Source of the DNA: Azospirillum sp. CAG:239
GTDB taxonomy: Bacteria > Bacillota_I > Bacilli_A > RFN20 > CAG-449
Length of the DNA stretch: 64,000 nt
Assembly: GCA_963653535.1 (NCBI GenBank)
Contig: CAVJWU010000002.1
Span: 15,729 to 79,728, forward strand
Reading direction: 5' to 3'
Shown here: one piece after another, positions 17,235 through 26,736 of the stretch
How the letters are laid out: the number at the start of each line of letters is the position of its first letter
Numbering within the stretch: position 1 is the first letter of the stretch
The notes under the pieces: model-generated
Databases searched by the model: none
The model's input: the letters and a program-made list of their open reading frames with translations, nothing else
Told to the model about the DNA's origin: nothing
Program-made: the position numbers and the translations under genes

Positions 17235-18597
17235 AATATTCATTTCCATATCCGCCTTTACGAGCATTAGCTTTCTTTTGTTCACGGATATTCTTTTTAA
17301 TGATGTCTTTTTTATGATCGTCTTTAGCTTTTTTAACTGCATCACGAATCTTCTTTTTATAACCAGGTTTTACCTTTTTAGTTCTAACTTTAGCGATTTC
17401 TTTTTTAATTTTAGTTTCTAAGACTTCATTAACTTCTTTTTTCTTTTTGCCAGTAATAGTATCAATTTTCTTTAATCCTTCATTCTTAAGAACGTAATAA
17501 TCAAAGTTAATATTCTTATTTTTTGCGATTAACTTATTTAATAAATCCATTTCATCATCATTATAGAAGATATATGAATCACCATGTTTATTAAATCGAC
17601 CAGTTCTACCAGCACGATGATAATAATAATCTAAATCAGTTGGTAAATCTAAAGAAATAATCGTAGAAATATCAGGAATATCAATTCCACGAGAAGCAAT
17701 ATCACTACAGATGATCAAATTAAAATCACCTTCTTTAATTCTTCTCATCGTAATCTTTCTTTCACGTGATTCTAAATCACCTGAAAGTAAAGCACATTTA
17801 ATTCCGAGTTTATTTAATTCTTTATAAACTTTATCCACACGTGTCTTTTCACTTGCAAAAACCATCGTATAATATGGCTTTTCTGTGTTTAAGAAAGTAA
17901 CGAGTTGTTCGATTGGATCTTTATGTTTTAAATTAACTAAGTGATGCGAAACATTAGAATTAACCTTAGTTTGCTTATTTATATCAATAATTTCATCTGC
18001 GCCGATGAATTTATATGTATCAGAAATAAGATGATTTTTCATCGTTGCAGTAAAGATTAATCTTTGATCAGGTCTAATTAAGAATAAGAGATCTTTAATA
18101 TCATTTACATAAGCTTCATCAAGTAACATGTCACATTCATCTAAAACGAACATCTTAATGAATTTATAATCCATTTTATTCTTTAAGAAAATATCATGTA
18201 TTCTTCCAGGAGTACCTATGACAATTTGAGGTTTACTTGAAGTATAACTTACTTTGGATAAATCTTCTTTTTTATCATTACTAGAAGTTAATAAACCGAC
18301 TTTAATATCTAATTTACTACCAATATCTAAAGCAAATTTATAAGTTTGAGAAGCTAATTCAACAGTAGGAGAAATAATTAATGCTTGTACAGCATTATTA
18401 TCCTTATCAATATTATTAAAGATAGGAATTAAAAATGCATGCGTTTTTCCACTTCCAGTCATTGATTTACAAATTAATGACTTTCCTTTAAGTGCCTTAG
18501 GTAAGACTGCTTCTTGAATAGGAGTTGGTTCAATATAACCTAACCCTTTTAGCGTCTCAACTAATTCTTTTTTTAAATTATATGAACCAAAAAACAT
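17233..18597 (-). CDS. DEAD-box family ATP-dependent RNA helicase (motif II reads DECD), Lys-rich C-terminal tail
   Basis: 454 aa. Q-motif region (GYIEPTPIQ), motif I TGSGKTHAF, PTVELA, GTPGR, VLDECDML, TAT (SAT variant), ARGIDI and HRAGRTGR. The last ~90 aa are K/R-rich. Confidence 0.88.
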   Translation of the reverse strand: MFFGSYNLKKELVETLKGLGYIEPTPIQEAVLPKALKGKSLICKSMTGSGKTHAFLIPIFNNIDKDNNAVQALIISPTVELASQTYKFALDIGSKLDIKVGLLTSSNDKKEDLSKVSYTSSKPQIVIGTPGRIHDIFLKNKMDYKFIKMFVLDECDMLLDEAYVNDIKDLLFLIRPDQRLIFTATMKNHLISDTYKFIGADEIIDINKQTKVNSNVSHHLVNLKHKDPIEQLVTFLNTEKPYYTMVFASEKTRVDKVYKELNKLGIKCALLSGDLESRERKITMRRIKEGDFNLIICSDIASRGIDIPDISTIISLDLPTDLDYYYHRAGRTGRFNKHGDSYIFYNDDEMDLLNKLIAKNKNINFDYYVLKNEGLKKIDTITGKKKKEVNEVLETKIKKEIAKVRTKKVKPGYKKKIRDAVKKAKDDHKKDIIKKNIREQKKANARKGGYGNEY

Positions 18598-18606
18598 AAA
18601 ACCTCC

Positions 18607-20349
18607 TTAGTTATCTTTCTTTAAATTTAATTTAATTTGTAAATCGTCAAGTTGAGCTTCATCAACTGGCATTGGTGCATTTGACATTGGATCAACTGCA
18701 TTTAAGTTCTTAGGGAATGCGATTACATCTCTAATATTATCGGTATTATTAATTAACATTGAAACTCTATCAAGTCCTAAAGCAAAACCGCCGTGAGGTG
18801 GAACGCCATATTTAAGAGCGTTAACAAAGAAGCCAAATTTTCTTTGAATATCTTCTTCAGTGAAACCTAATAATTCAAAGATTGTTTTTTGTTCTTCTTG
18901 ATCAAAAATTCTTAAAGATCCTCCGCCGGCTTCATAACCATTAATAACAATATCATATGCTGCAGCATAAACTTTTTCAGGGTGTTCTTTAAGTAATGGA
19001 ACATCACGGTCTAATGGTTTAGTAAATGGATGATGGCAAGGAGAAATTTCTTTTGTCTCTTCGTTATAATCAAATAATGGGAATTCAACAACCCATAAGA
19101 AGTCATAACTTAATGGATCATATAAGCCTAATTCTTTACCATATTTAGTTCTTATTGCACCTAAGCAAGAACAAACTCTCATTCTAATACCAGCACCGAC
19201 AATAACTAAATCATTTTCTTTTAATTCTAAAATAGAAGCAAGTTCATTTAATGTTTCTTCCGAGAAAAATTTATTTAATGAAGATTCAACCTTATTATTA
19301 ACAAATTTAAAGAAACCAAATTTACCAATACCGAATTTTTTCGCAGTTAAATCTAAATTATCTTGAACTTTTCTAGATGTTGATGAAGCAACTCCTGGAA
19401 TAACAATTGCGCGAATTGTTTTTGCATTCTTATAAGCTTCAAATTCAGTTTTAGAAAGAATATTAGTAACATCATGTAATTCAAGACCAAATCTAGTATC
19501 TGGTTTATCAGAACCATAAGTATCAATACAATAATCGTATTTTAATCTTCTAAATGGAGTTTGAATATCCATTCCTTTTGCTTCTTTCCAAATGTTTTTA
19601 ATTAAACCTTCACCTAAAGTAAGGATATCTTCTTGGCTAAAGAAAGAACATTCGACATCAACTTGAGTAAAGTCAGGTTGACGATCAGCACGTAAATCTT
19701 CATCTCTAAAGCAACGAGCGACTTGGTAATATCTTTCCATACCACCGACCATTAATAATTGTTTAAATAATTGAGGTGATTGAGGTAAAGCAAAGAATGA
19801 TCCAGGTCTAGTTCTTGAAGGGACTAAATAATCCCTTGCTCCTTCAGGAGTAGATAAACATAAAACTGGAGTTTCAACTTCGATAAATTCATGTGCATCT
19901 AAATATTGATGACATGCACGAGAAATTTTCGCTCTATTAATTAAATTTTGTTGCATGCATGGTCTTCTTAAATCAAGATAACGATATTTTAATCTTGTAT
20001 CTTCAAGTGCATCAGTTTCATCAGCAATAATAAATGGAGTTTGTGCAGCCGAATTAACAATCTTAATTTCACTTGCAACTACTTCAATTTCTCCTGTAGG
20101 AAGTTTCTTATTAGGTGTTTCTTTTTTAGTAACAACACCAGTTACTTCAATAATATATTCTGATTTAATATCTTTTGCGATGGAGAATTTTTCATCTTCA
20201 AATGTAATTTGAGTATATCCCCATCTATCTCTTAAATCGATAAAGACAAGGGAACCTAAATTTCTCTTTTTCGCAACCCATCCGATTAATGTGACGACTT
20301 TACCGACATCAGATAATCTTAATTCACCATTATTATGTGTACGATTCAT
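18607..20349 (-). CDS. aspS: Aspartate--tRNA ligase
   Basis: 580 aa. OB anticodon-binding N-terminus, class II motifs (FRDEDLRADRQPDFTQ, GGGSLR, GLDR). Follows hisS as in the Bacillus hisS-aspS operon. Confidence 0.96.
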   Translation of the reverse strand: MNRTHNNGELRLSDVGKVVTLIGWVAKKRNLGSLVFIDLRDRWGYTQITFEDEKFSIAKDIKSEYIIEVTGVVTKKETPNKKLPTGEIEVVASEIKIVNSAAQTPFIIADETDALEDTRLKYRYLDLRRPCMQQNLINRAKISRACHQYLDAHEFIEVETPVLCLSTPEGARDYLVPSRTRPGSFFALPQSPQLFKQLLMVGGMERYYQVARCFRDEDLRADRQPDFTQVDVECSFFSQEDILTLGEGLIKNIWKEAKGMDIQTPFRRLKYDYCIDTYGSDKPDTRFGLELHDVTNILSKTEFEAYKNAKTIRAIVIPGVASSTSRKVQDNLDLTAKKFGIGKFGFFKFVNNKVESSLNKFFSEETLNELASILELKENDLVIVGAGIRMRVCSCLGAIRTKYGKELGLYDPLSYDFLWVVEFPLFDYNEETKEISPCHHPFTKPLDRDVPLLKEHPEKVYAAAYDIVINGYEAGGGSLRIFDQEEQKTIFELLGFTEEDIQRKFGFFVNALKYGVPPHGGFALGLDRVSMLINNTDNIRDVIAFPKNLNAVDPMSNAPMPVDEAQLDDLQIKLNLKKDN

Positions 20350-20358
20350 ATTTTTCTC

Positions 20359-21624
20359 CTATTTTTTTAAAGTTGCAATAATATCTTCTTTTGAAAGGGC
20401 AACTTGTTCTTGAGTTAATAAATTTTTCATTTGATATAGATTATTATTAATTTCATCTTCACCAATAACAATCATATATTTTGCATTTTTTCTTAAAGCT
20501 ATTTTAATTGAAGCTTTCATTGATTTATCTTCTAAATTGATATCACATTTTAAATCATTATTTCTTATTTCGTGAGCGAAAGAGAAAGCAAAATCTTTTG
20601 CTTTTTCACCTAGATAAACAATATAAGCGTCTAAAGTAGGGCGAGCATAATTATCTAAATCAATTTCTTTTAATAAAGAATTTAATCTTTCAATACCAAA
20701 AGCAAATCCGACGCTAGAAAGTTCTGGTCCACCGACTTCATGAACGAGATTATCGTAATGTCCGCCTGCTCCTATCGCCCCTAAATTAGTGCCATTTTCT
20801 GAAATGTAATGGAATTCAAAGACAACGTGAGAATAATAATCTAGTCCTCTAACTAAAGTATTATCAATAACGTATTCAATTTTTTCTTTATCTAAAAGAG
20901 ATAATACTTCATTAAATCTCGCTTTTGATTCTTCATTGAGATAATCTCCCATTTTTGGGGCTAAAGAAACTTTTTCAATATCTTCAGGAACTTTACAATC
21001 TAAGATTCTTAATGGATTAACTTCATATCTTCTTTGACAATCTGGACACATTGAAGCAATATAAGGCTTAAAATATTCTTTTAAAGCGCTACGATAATTA
21101 TCTCTACTTAGTTGATCACCGATAGAATTAATTTTTAAAATTACCTTTTTAAAACCAATTTTATGTAAAGCATCTACACCAAGAATAATTGTTTCTGCAT
21201 CTTCATAAGAAGAAGTAACTCCGACAGTTTCAACTCCAAATTGATTAAATTGTCTATATCGACCTGCTGAAGGTCTTTCATATCTAAAAGCTGGACCTAA
21301 ATAGAATTGTTTTAAAGGTAAATCATGTGTCGCATATAATTTATTAGAAACTATCGCTCGCATAACTCCTGCCGTAACTTCTGGTCGTAAAGAAATATTT
21401 CGTCCACCTTTGTCAGTAAAATCAAACATTTCTTTAGTGACAATATCACTTGATTCACCCGCAGAACGAGTAAATAAATCAGTTGATTCATAAATAGGAG
21501 TATGGATTGGAGTATATCCATAATTTAAAGCGACAGATTTTAAACTATCTTCTATTTTTTCAATATTTAATGCATCTTCATAGTATGCATCATACGTTCC
21601 TCTTTGTGGTTGATAATTTGGCAT
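20359..21624 (-). CDS. hisS: Histidine--tRNA ligase
   Basis: 421 aa. Class II HisRS motifs (LRPEVTAGV, FRYERPSAGRYRQF, GGHYDNL, GFAFGIERL). Preceded by a T-box leader. Confidence 0.96.
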   Translation of the reverse strand: MPNYQPQRGTYDAYYEDALNIEKIEDSLKSVALNYGYTPIHTPIYESTDLFTRSAGESSDIVTKEMFDFTDKGGRNISLRPEVTAGVMRAIVSNKLYATHDLPLKQFYLGPAFRYERPSAGRYRQFNQFGVETVGVTSSYEDAETIILGVDALHKIGFKKVILKINSIGDQLSRDNYRSALKEYFKPYIASMCPDCQRRYEVNPLRILDCKVPEDIEKVSLAPKMGDYLNEESKARFNEVLSLLDKEKIEYVIDNTLVRGLDYYSHVVFEFHYISENGTNLGAIGAGGHYDNLVHEVGGPELSSVGFAFGIERLNSLLKEIDLDNYARPTLDAYIVYLGEKAKDFAFSFAHEIRNNDLKCDINLEDKSMKASIKIALRKNAKYMIVIGEDEINNNLYQMKNLLTQEQVALSKEDIIATLKK

Positions 21625-21640
21625 ATTTCCTCCTAAACAT

Positions 21641-21835
21641 AAAAAAAGTACCTTATAAGGACGCTTTCGCGCGGTACCACCTTATTTCACTATCTCGTGC
21701 TCTTAAAAGTTTTAACGTAACAACCGATAAATCTCTTTATAGTCTCCATAGTGTCTGCTCATTAATCTTAATAAACACTTTCACCTAATGTGTTCTCTCT
21801 AAGAATAATCTTAATAAGGTTTCTATCTCATCGAC
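21641..21835 (-). promoter_or_regulatory. T-box leader (tRNA-sensing riboswitch) controlling hisS-aspS
   Basis: On the minus strand: GAUGAGA (K-turn-like), AGAGAGA box, GGUGAAAG distal element, and a CAC (His) triplet in ..GCAGACACUAUGG... The conserved T-box sequence GGUGGUACCGCG is at 21670-21681. It is followed by a terminator helix and U7 (21641-21647) just before the AGGAGG RBS. Confidence 0.85.
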
Positions 21836-21841
21836 ATAATT

Positions 21842-21871
21842 ATTATAAATAATTAGGTTTACATTTTTCAA
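21842..21871 (-). promoter_or_regulatory. Sigma-A type promoter for the hisS-aspS T-box leader
   Basis: Minus strand: TTGAAA (21871-21866), 18-nt spacer, TATAAT (21847-21842). Confidence 0.6.
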
Positions 21872-21880
21872 CTAAATTAT

Positions 21881-22330
21881 TTATTTTAAGATATCTTCTG
21901 AATCATCAAACATTCTTTCGTGAAAATGTTCATTTATATCTTCTCTTTCAAAAACTTGAAGCATAATTTCAAAATTAGAAGCTAGTTTATAATTTCTTAA
22001 ATCACTTCTTTTTACAAAAAAGTTTTTTCCTTCATCATTACTTTTAAGTTCACCTTCAAAAGTTGAAGTCTTAAAAAGAAAACAAACATTTCTAACATCA
22101 TCTTTAAACCATTGTTTAATTCCACATAATTTAAGATTAGAAATAGTTAATCCTGTCTCTTCTTTTATTTCTCTTATCGTTGAATCAACAATCGATTCAT
22201 GATTTTCAACATGTCCTCCAGGAAAAGCTACTCCACACCATGATTTGACTCTATCTTGAACTAAAACTTCATCATTTTTAGTAATCATACACATATTTGA
22301 TAAAATGATTTTTTCTGGTAAATGAGCCAT
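21881..22330 (-). CDS. NUDIX hydrolase (MutT-like)
   Basis: 149 aa with the Nudix box GGHVENHESIVDSTIREIKEETGL (GX5EX7REUXEEXGU). Confidence 0.85.
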   Translation of the reverse strand: MAHLPEKIILSNMCMITKNDEVLVQDRVKSWCGVAFPGGHVENHESIVDSTIREIKEETGLTISNLKLCGIKQWFKDDVRNVCFLFKTSTFEGELKSNDEGKNFFVKRSDLRNYKLASNFEIMLQVFEREDINEHFHERMFDDSEDILK

Positions 22331-22369
22331 AAATTCCTCCTATAAACAAAGGTTCGCCTTTCGACGAAC

Positions 22370-23356
22370 CTATTTAATTCTTTTAATATTGAACATATTG
22401 AGGAACTCTTTTGGAGTATCCGCGATAAATTTATAATGTTTATTTTTATTGGTTGGATGATCAAATTCTAAGATTCTTGCATGTAATCCTAATCGTTTAA
22501 ATGGATCTTTAGTAGAACCATATTTATCATCACCAACAACATTATGACCAAGATCTTTCATGTGGACTCTAATTTGATTTTTTCGTCCTGTATCAATATT
22601 GACTTTAAGTAATGAATATTCTTCAGTTTCTCCAATAACTTCATAATGCGTAATTGCTTTTAAACCTTCTTTAGGATTACGAGCTGAATACATTAAATTA
22701 GTTTTACTTTGTAGAAGACCAGAAATTCTTGTTCCTTGTTTTTCGACAAAGATACCTTCAGTCACCGCGATATATTGTCTTTGCTTAACTAAAGCATTCC
22801 ATGAATCTTGTAAAGCTTCTTTTAATTCTTCATTTTTGGTAAAAATTAAGACTCCAGAAGTTTCTTTATCTAAACGATGTACGACAAAGATTCTATTTTT
22901 TGGATCGATTTCACGAACATAATCCATCATATAGCGATACGCAGTATGTTCTTTATCCTTATCATCAGCGATTGAAAGAAGTCCACTTGGTTTATTAATA
23001 ACAATTAATTCATCATCTTCATATAAAATTGGAAGTTTTGAAAAACGTTTACCATTTTTCTTCACTGGATAAGGTGAAATGGACACAATATCTTTGGCGA
23101 TAACTTCAAAATCAAATTGGCTTACTGGAGCTCCATTAACTAAGACTTGATGATTCTTAAGTAAAGTCTTAATATTATTTCTCGATTTAGAAGTTAATGT
23201 TTCTAATAAGAAATCTAAAAGAATCATCTTATGAGGAACACGGTATTCCTTCATCTCGAGTTTCTTACGAGCAAAAGTTGATTTAGGGTTATTTCTTGAA
23301 ACAGATTTTGTCGAAGTTTTTTTATTGTTTTTTGCGTTATTTTTAACGTTTTTCAT
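22370..23356 (-). CDS. RluA-family 23S rRNA pseudouridine synthase (RluD-like, S4 domain) with Lys-rich N-terminal extension
   Basis: 328 aa. HRLDKETSGVLIF catalytic motif and GRKNQIRVH near the C-terminus. Start codon overlaps the relA stop (TAATG at 23354-23358). Confidence 0.85.
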   Translation of the reverse strand: MKNVKNNAKNNKKTSTKSVSRNNPKSTFARKKLEMKEYRVPHKMILLDFLLETLTSKSRNNIKTLLKNHQVLVNGAPVSQFDFEVIAKDIVSISPYPVKKNGKRFSKLPILYEDDELIVINKPSGLLSIADDKDKEHTAYRYMMDYVREIDPKNRIFVVHRLDKETSGVLIFTKNEELKEALQDSWNALVKQRQYIAVTEGIFVEKQGTRISGLLQSKTNLMYSARNPKEGLKAITHYEVIGETEEYSLLKVNIDTGRKNQIRVHMKDLGHNVVGDDKYGSTKDPFKRLGLHARILEFDHPTNKNKHYKFIADTPKEFLNMFNIKRIK

Positions 23357-25548
23357 TAATGAGTAACCCTTTCTACTTCGTAAACTGAAGGAACATTAAT
23401 CAATGTATTTTTAATATTTCTAAATTGTTCAGCATTTTTAACTTGGATTGTTAAATTAATAGATGAAGTTAATGTCTCTGGATGTTGTTTAGCCATAATT
23501 TTATTTACTGGAACTTTCATTTGTGACATGGTATTTAAAATATCGACTAATAAAGAATCTCTATCACTTGCGCGAACGACAATTTGAATTGGAACAGTAG
23601 TTTCAGCAAAATTTGGATTCCATTCAACATCGATTAATCTTCCAGTTAAGCCCTTAACGGAAGGACAATCTTTACGATGAACCTTAACACCTTTTCCTTG
23701 AGAAACAAAGCCGATAATTGGATCACCTGGAATAGGCGAACAACATTTAGAAAGAACACATAAGACGTTTGGTGTTCCTTTAACTAATACTGATTGGTTA
23801 GAGAAAGAAGCTTTTTTCGAAGTAGTATTCTTCTTAATATAATTATCTAGTTGACTTTCTTGTCTTAAGCCTAAGAAATCAATAATTTCTGTCGGTAATA
23901 TACGTTTATTAAAAATCGCTAAATAAAGATCATCAAGAGATTCAACTTCAAAATGTTTTAATACTTCATTAGTTAAATAACCTTCCATTTGAGAAGAAGA
24001 AATACCATTATCTTTAAAGACATCAGTTAATGATAATTTACCTTTTTCAATTTGAGTTTCTTTTAAGAATTCTTGATTACGTTTTGCAAGATATTTTCTA
24101 ATGTAGTTTTTTGCCCCAGTTGATTTAGCAATTTTTAACCAACCTTCATTGATATTAGGATTTTGTGTAGTTTTAATTTCAACAACATCACCCATCTTTA
24201 ATTCAGTTGAAAGAGGTACTAATTGGTTATTAACTAAAGCACCGACCGCTCTTTCACCAACTTTAGAATGGACTTTAAAAGCAAAATCAAGAGGAGTTGA
24301 TCCACTTGGTAAATCAATAACTTTACCATGAGGAGTAAAGCAATAGATGTTTTCTCCAAAGATATCATTAGTTAAATTATCCATGTATTCTTTGGAAGTA
24401 GCGTCTTTTTCATTGGACATTGAAATAAAATCACTGAACCAATGAAGTTTTTCCATGATTTCTTGTTGTTCTTTTTTAGGATCGTATTTCGCACCTTCTT
24501 TATATCTCCAGTGTGCAGCAACACCTTGTTCAGCGATATCATCCATATCTTTCGTTCTAATTTGAATTTCAATAATGGATGAATCACGATCTAAAATAGT
24601 CGTATGTAAAGATTGATACATGTTCGATTTAGGAACAGCGATATAATCTTTAAATCGATTTGGTAAAGGAGAATATTCTGAGTGAATTAAACCTAAAATT
24701 TCATAACAATTAATCTCAGTTTTAGTAATAATTCTCAATGCGACAATATCGTAAATTGTATCAAATGTAAGATGTTTATCTTTCATTTTCTTCCAAATGG
24801 AATAAGGACGTTTAATACGAGCGCTTATCTCAAAAGGAATTTTACTAGGAAGTAATAAGTCTGCGATTTTCTTTTCAAGTTTATTAATTCCTTCTTCTTT
24901 GTATTTAATATTGTTATTTAAATAATCAGTAATTTCTTTATAAGCTTCAGGTTCAAGATATTTTAAACATAAATCTTGAAGTTCACCTTTAATTTCGTTT
25001 AAACCTAGTCGATCAGCGATTGGAGTATAAACTTCTAAGGTTTCTTGCGAAATAGAAATTTTCTTTTCTGGAGTTTGGAAATCAAGTGTTCTCATATTAT
25101 GTAATCGATCACATAATTTAATTAAAATAACACGAATATCCTTTGCCATCCCTAAGAAAATTTTACGATGTCCTTCCGCGACGAAATCAACATCATGTCT
25201 TCTTTGATGGGATAAAGCTTTAATTTTTGTAAGTGAAAAAACGATTTCGGCGACGTCATCACTAAATTCTTTTCTTAATTCATCTTCAGTGACTCCGCAG
25301 TCCTCAATCGTATCATGTAGAAAGGCTGCAGCAATTGTTGTTGGACCGCCTTTTAATTTAGCGATTAAATAACCAACTTCAATTACGTGAATTACATAAG
25401 GTTGACCTGATTTTCTAAATTGGCCTTTATGCTTTTCTTCGGCATATTTATAGGCTTTTCTAATAAATTCAATGTCATCTTTATTATGAATATATTCGCT
25501 AAAAACGTCTTCTACATCTTGATATGTATGAGTAACGTCATTAGCCAT
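23356..25548 (-). CDS. relA: Bifunctional (p)ppGpp synthetase/hydrolase RelA/SpoT homolog
   Basis: 730 aa. HD hydrolase domain (HVIEV..., FLHDTIEDC), synthetase domain (RIKRPYSIWKKM, DIVALRII, YQSLHTT, EIQIRT), then TGS and ACT C-terminal regions. apt-relA linkage as in Bacillus. Confidence 0.95.
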   Translation of the reverse strand: MANDVTHTYQDVEDVFSEYIHNKDDIEFIRKAYKYAEEKHKGQFRKSGQPYVIHVIEVGYLIAKLKGGPTTIAAAFLHDTIEDCGVTEDELRKEFSDDVAEIVFSLTKIKALSHQRRHDVDFVAEGHRKIFLGMAKDIRVILIKLCDRLHNMRTLDFQTPEKKISISQETLEVYTPIADRLGLNEIKGELQDLCLKYLEPEAYKEITDYLNNNIKYKEEGINKLEKKIADLLLPSKIPFEISARIKRPYSIWKKMKDKHLTFDTIYDIVALRIITKTEINCYEILGLIHSEYSPLPNRFKDYIAVPKSNMYQSLHTTILDRDSSIIEIQIRTKDMDDIAEQGVAAHWRYKEGAKYDPKKEQQEIMEKLHWFSDFISMSNEKDATSKEYMDNLTNDIFGENIYCFTPHGKVIDLPSGSTPLDFAFKVHSKVGERAVGALVNNQLVPLSTELKMGDVVEIKTTQNPNINEGWLKIAKSTGAKNYIRKYLAKRNQEFLKETQIEKGKLSLTDVFKDNGISSSQMEGYLTNEVLKHFEVESLDDLYLAIFNKRILPTEIIDFLGLRQESQLDNYIKKNTTSKKASFSNQSVLVKGTPNVLCVLSKCCSPIPGDPIIGFVSQGKGVKVHRKDCPSVKGLTGRLIDVEWNPNFAETTVPIQIVVRASDRDSLLVDILNTMSQMKVPVNKIMAKQHPETLTSSINLTIQVKNAEQFRNIKNTLINVPSVYEVERVTH

Positions 25549-25550
25549 AA

Positions 25551-26078
25551 TTATTCATCCTTTACATCATCATAGATTAAACATTTTAAATTGTCTTTTT
25601 CGAGTCTCTTAACTCCAGGTAAAGAAGTTAAACCAATTAAAGCGACCATGCCAACTAGTTCTCCTCCAAGAGATTCAATTAAATGTTTACCTGCATCCAT
25701 TGTTCCTCCAAGAGCGACAATGTCATCAACAATAACAAATTTTAATCCTTTTTTAATAGAATCTTTAGTGACACATAATGTATCTGTGCCGTATTCTAAT
25801 TCATAAGTATACGTTGCATTTTCTCTAGGTAATTTACCAGGTTTTCTTAAAGGTACAAAGCCTAAGCCTAACTTATAAGCGATTGGTGCACCAAAAATAA
25901 AACCTCTAGATTCAGCTCCGACAATAATGTCCGCGCCCATTTCTTTACAAAGTTCTGCCATTTCATCAATTGCTTGAGCGAATGCTTCAGGGCGTTCTAC
26001 TAAAGAAGTAATATCTTTAAATTGTACTCCCTTTTTTGGAAAGTCTTTAACAGTAATAATTGTATCTTCTAAATTCAT
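25551..26078 (-). CDS. apt: Adenine phosphoribosyltransferase
   Basis: 175 aa. FKDITSL, ESRGFIFG, and PRPP-binding VIVDDIVALGGT. Confidence 0.95.
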   Translation of the reverse strand: MNLEDTIITVKDFPKKGVQFKDITSLVERPEAFAQAIDEMAELCKEMGADIIVGAESRGFIFGAPIAYKLGLGFVPLRKPGKLPRENATYTYELEYGTDTLCVTKDSIKKGLKFVIVDDIVALGGTMDAGKHLIESLGGELVGMVALIGLTSLPGVKRLEKDNLKCLIYDDVKDE

Positions 26079-26195
26079 AAATTATCCCTCATTTCTAAAA
26101 CCATATGTGGTTATCAATACGTAGATATTTTACAACATTTTTTTTAATTATAATAATATTTTATTGTAAATATCAAAAAAAATTGAGGATTATAA

Positions 26196-26215
26196 AAGCC
26201 GTGTTTCCACGGCTT
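26196..26215 (-). terminator. Hairpin terminator after the DUF177 gene
   Basis: AAGCCGTG (26196-26203) / CACGGCTT (26208-26215): 8-bp GC-containing stem, loop TTTC. The downstream U-tract is interrupted (TTATAATCC...TTTTTTTT). Confidence 0.6.
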
Positions 26216-26219
26216 AATA

Positions 26220-26735
26220 TTAATCATCTAAATCAAAGTCTTCTAATGATGCAAATGCAGGATTTACTTCATTTTTCTTTTTTTCATTATATTCGTCTTC
26301 AGAAATTACTTCCCAATTTTCACCAGTAATTTTTTCAGGATCATCTTTACTAATTATTTTTAAAGGAATAGATGAAATAATTAATGAAACGACATCGTTA
26401 TATAAATCATAATGATCATCATTAACTTTTATAATATCTTCACTTTCATCTTCATTAAAGTCATTTGATTCGAAAGCTAAAGTTAAATTGTCTTCATCAT
26501 TGAGTGAAAAATCAACTGGTTTTAAAGTTCTAGTCGAAGAAAGCACTAATTCTGCATTAACTTTTAAATTAACTAATACTAAAGAAGAAACTAAATTTAC
26601 ATTAACTTCTACATTTACACTTTTAACTTCAAGAATGTCTTTACAAGTTGCAATATCTTCTTTATTAAGGCTAACTTCTTCATGAAGAGTAAAATTCTTT
26701 AATGAATAAATATCTTTTTTCTTAAGTAATAACAT
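26220..26735 (-). CDS. DUF177 (YceD/YlbN-like) protein, acidic, lacking the usual C-terminal Cys cluster
   Basis: 171 aa, strongly acidic. Size and N-terminal layout are typical of YceD, and the C-terminal NPAFASLEDF resembles the family tail. No rpmF follows it. Confidence 0.5.
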   Translation of the reverse strand: MLLLKKKDIYSLKNFTLHEEVSLNKEDIATCKDILEVKSVNVEVNVNLVSSLVLVNLKVNAELVLSSTRTLKPVDFSLNDEDNLTLAFESNDFNEDESEDIIKVNDDHYDLYNDVVSLIISSIPLKIISKDDPEKITGENWEVISEDEYNEKKKNEVNPAFASLEDFDLDD

Positions 26736-26736
26736 A

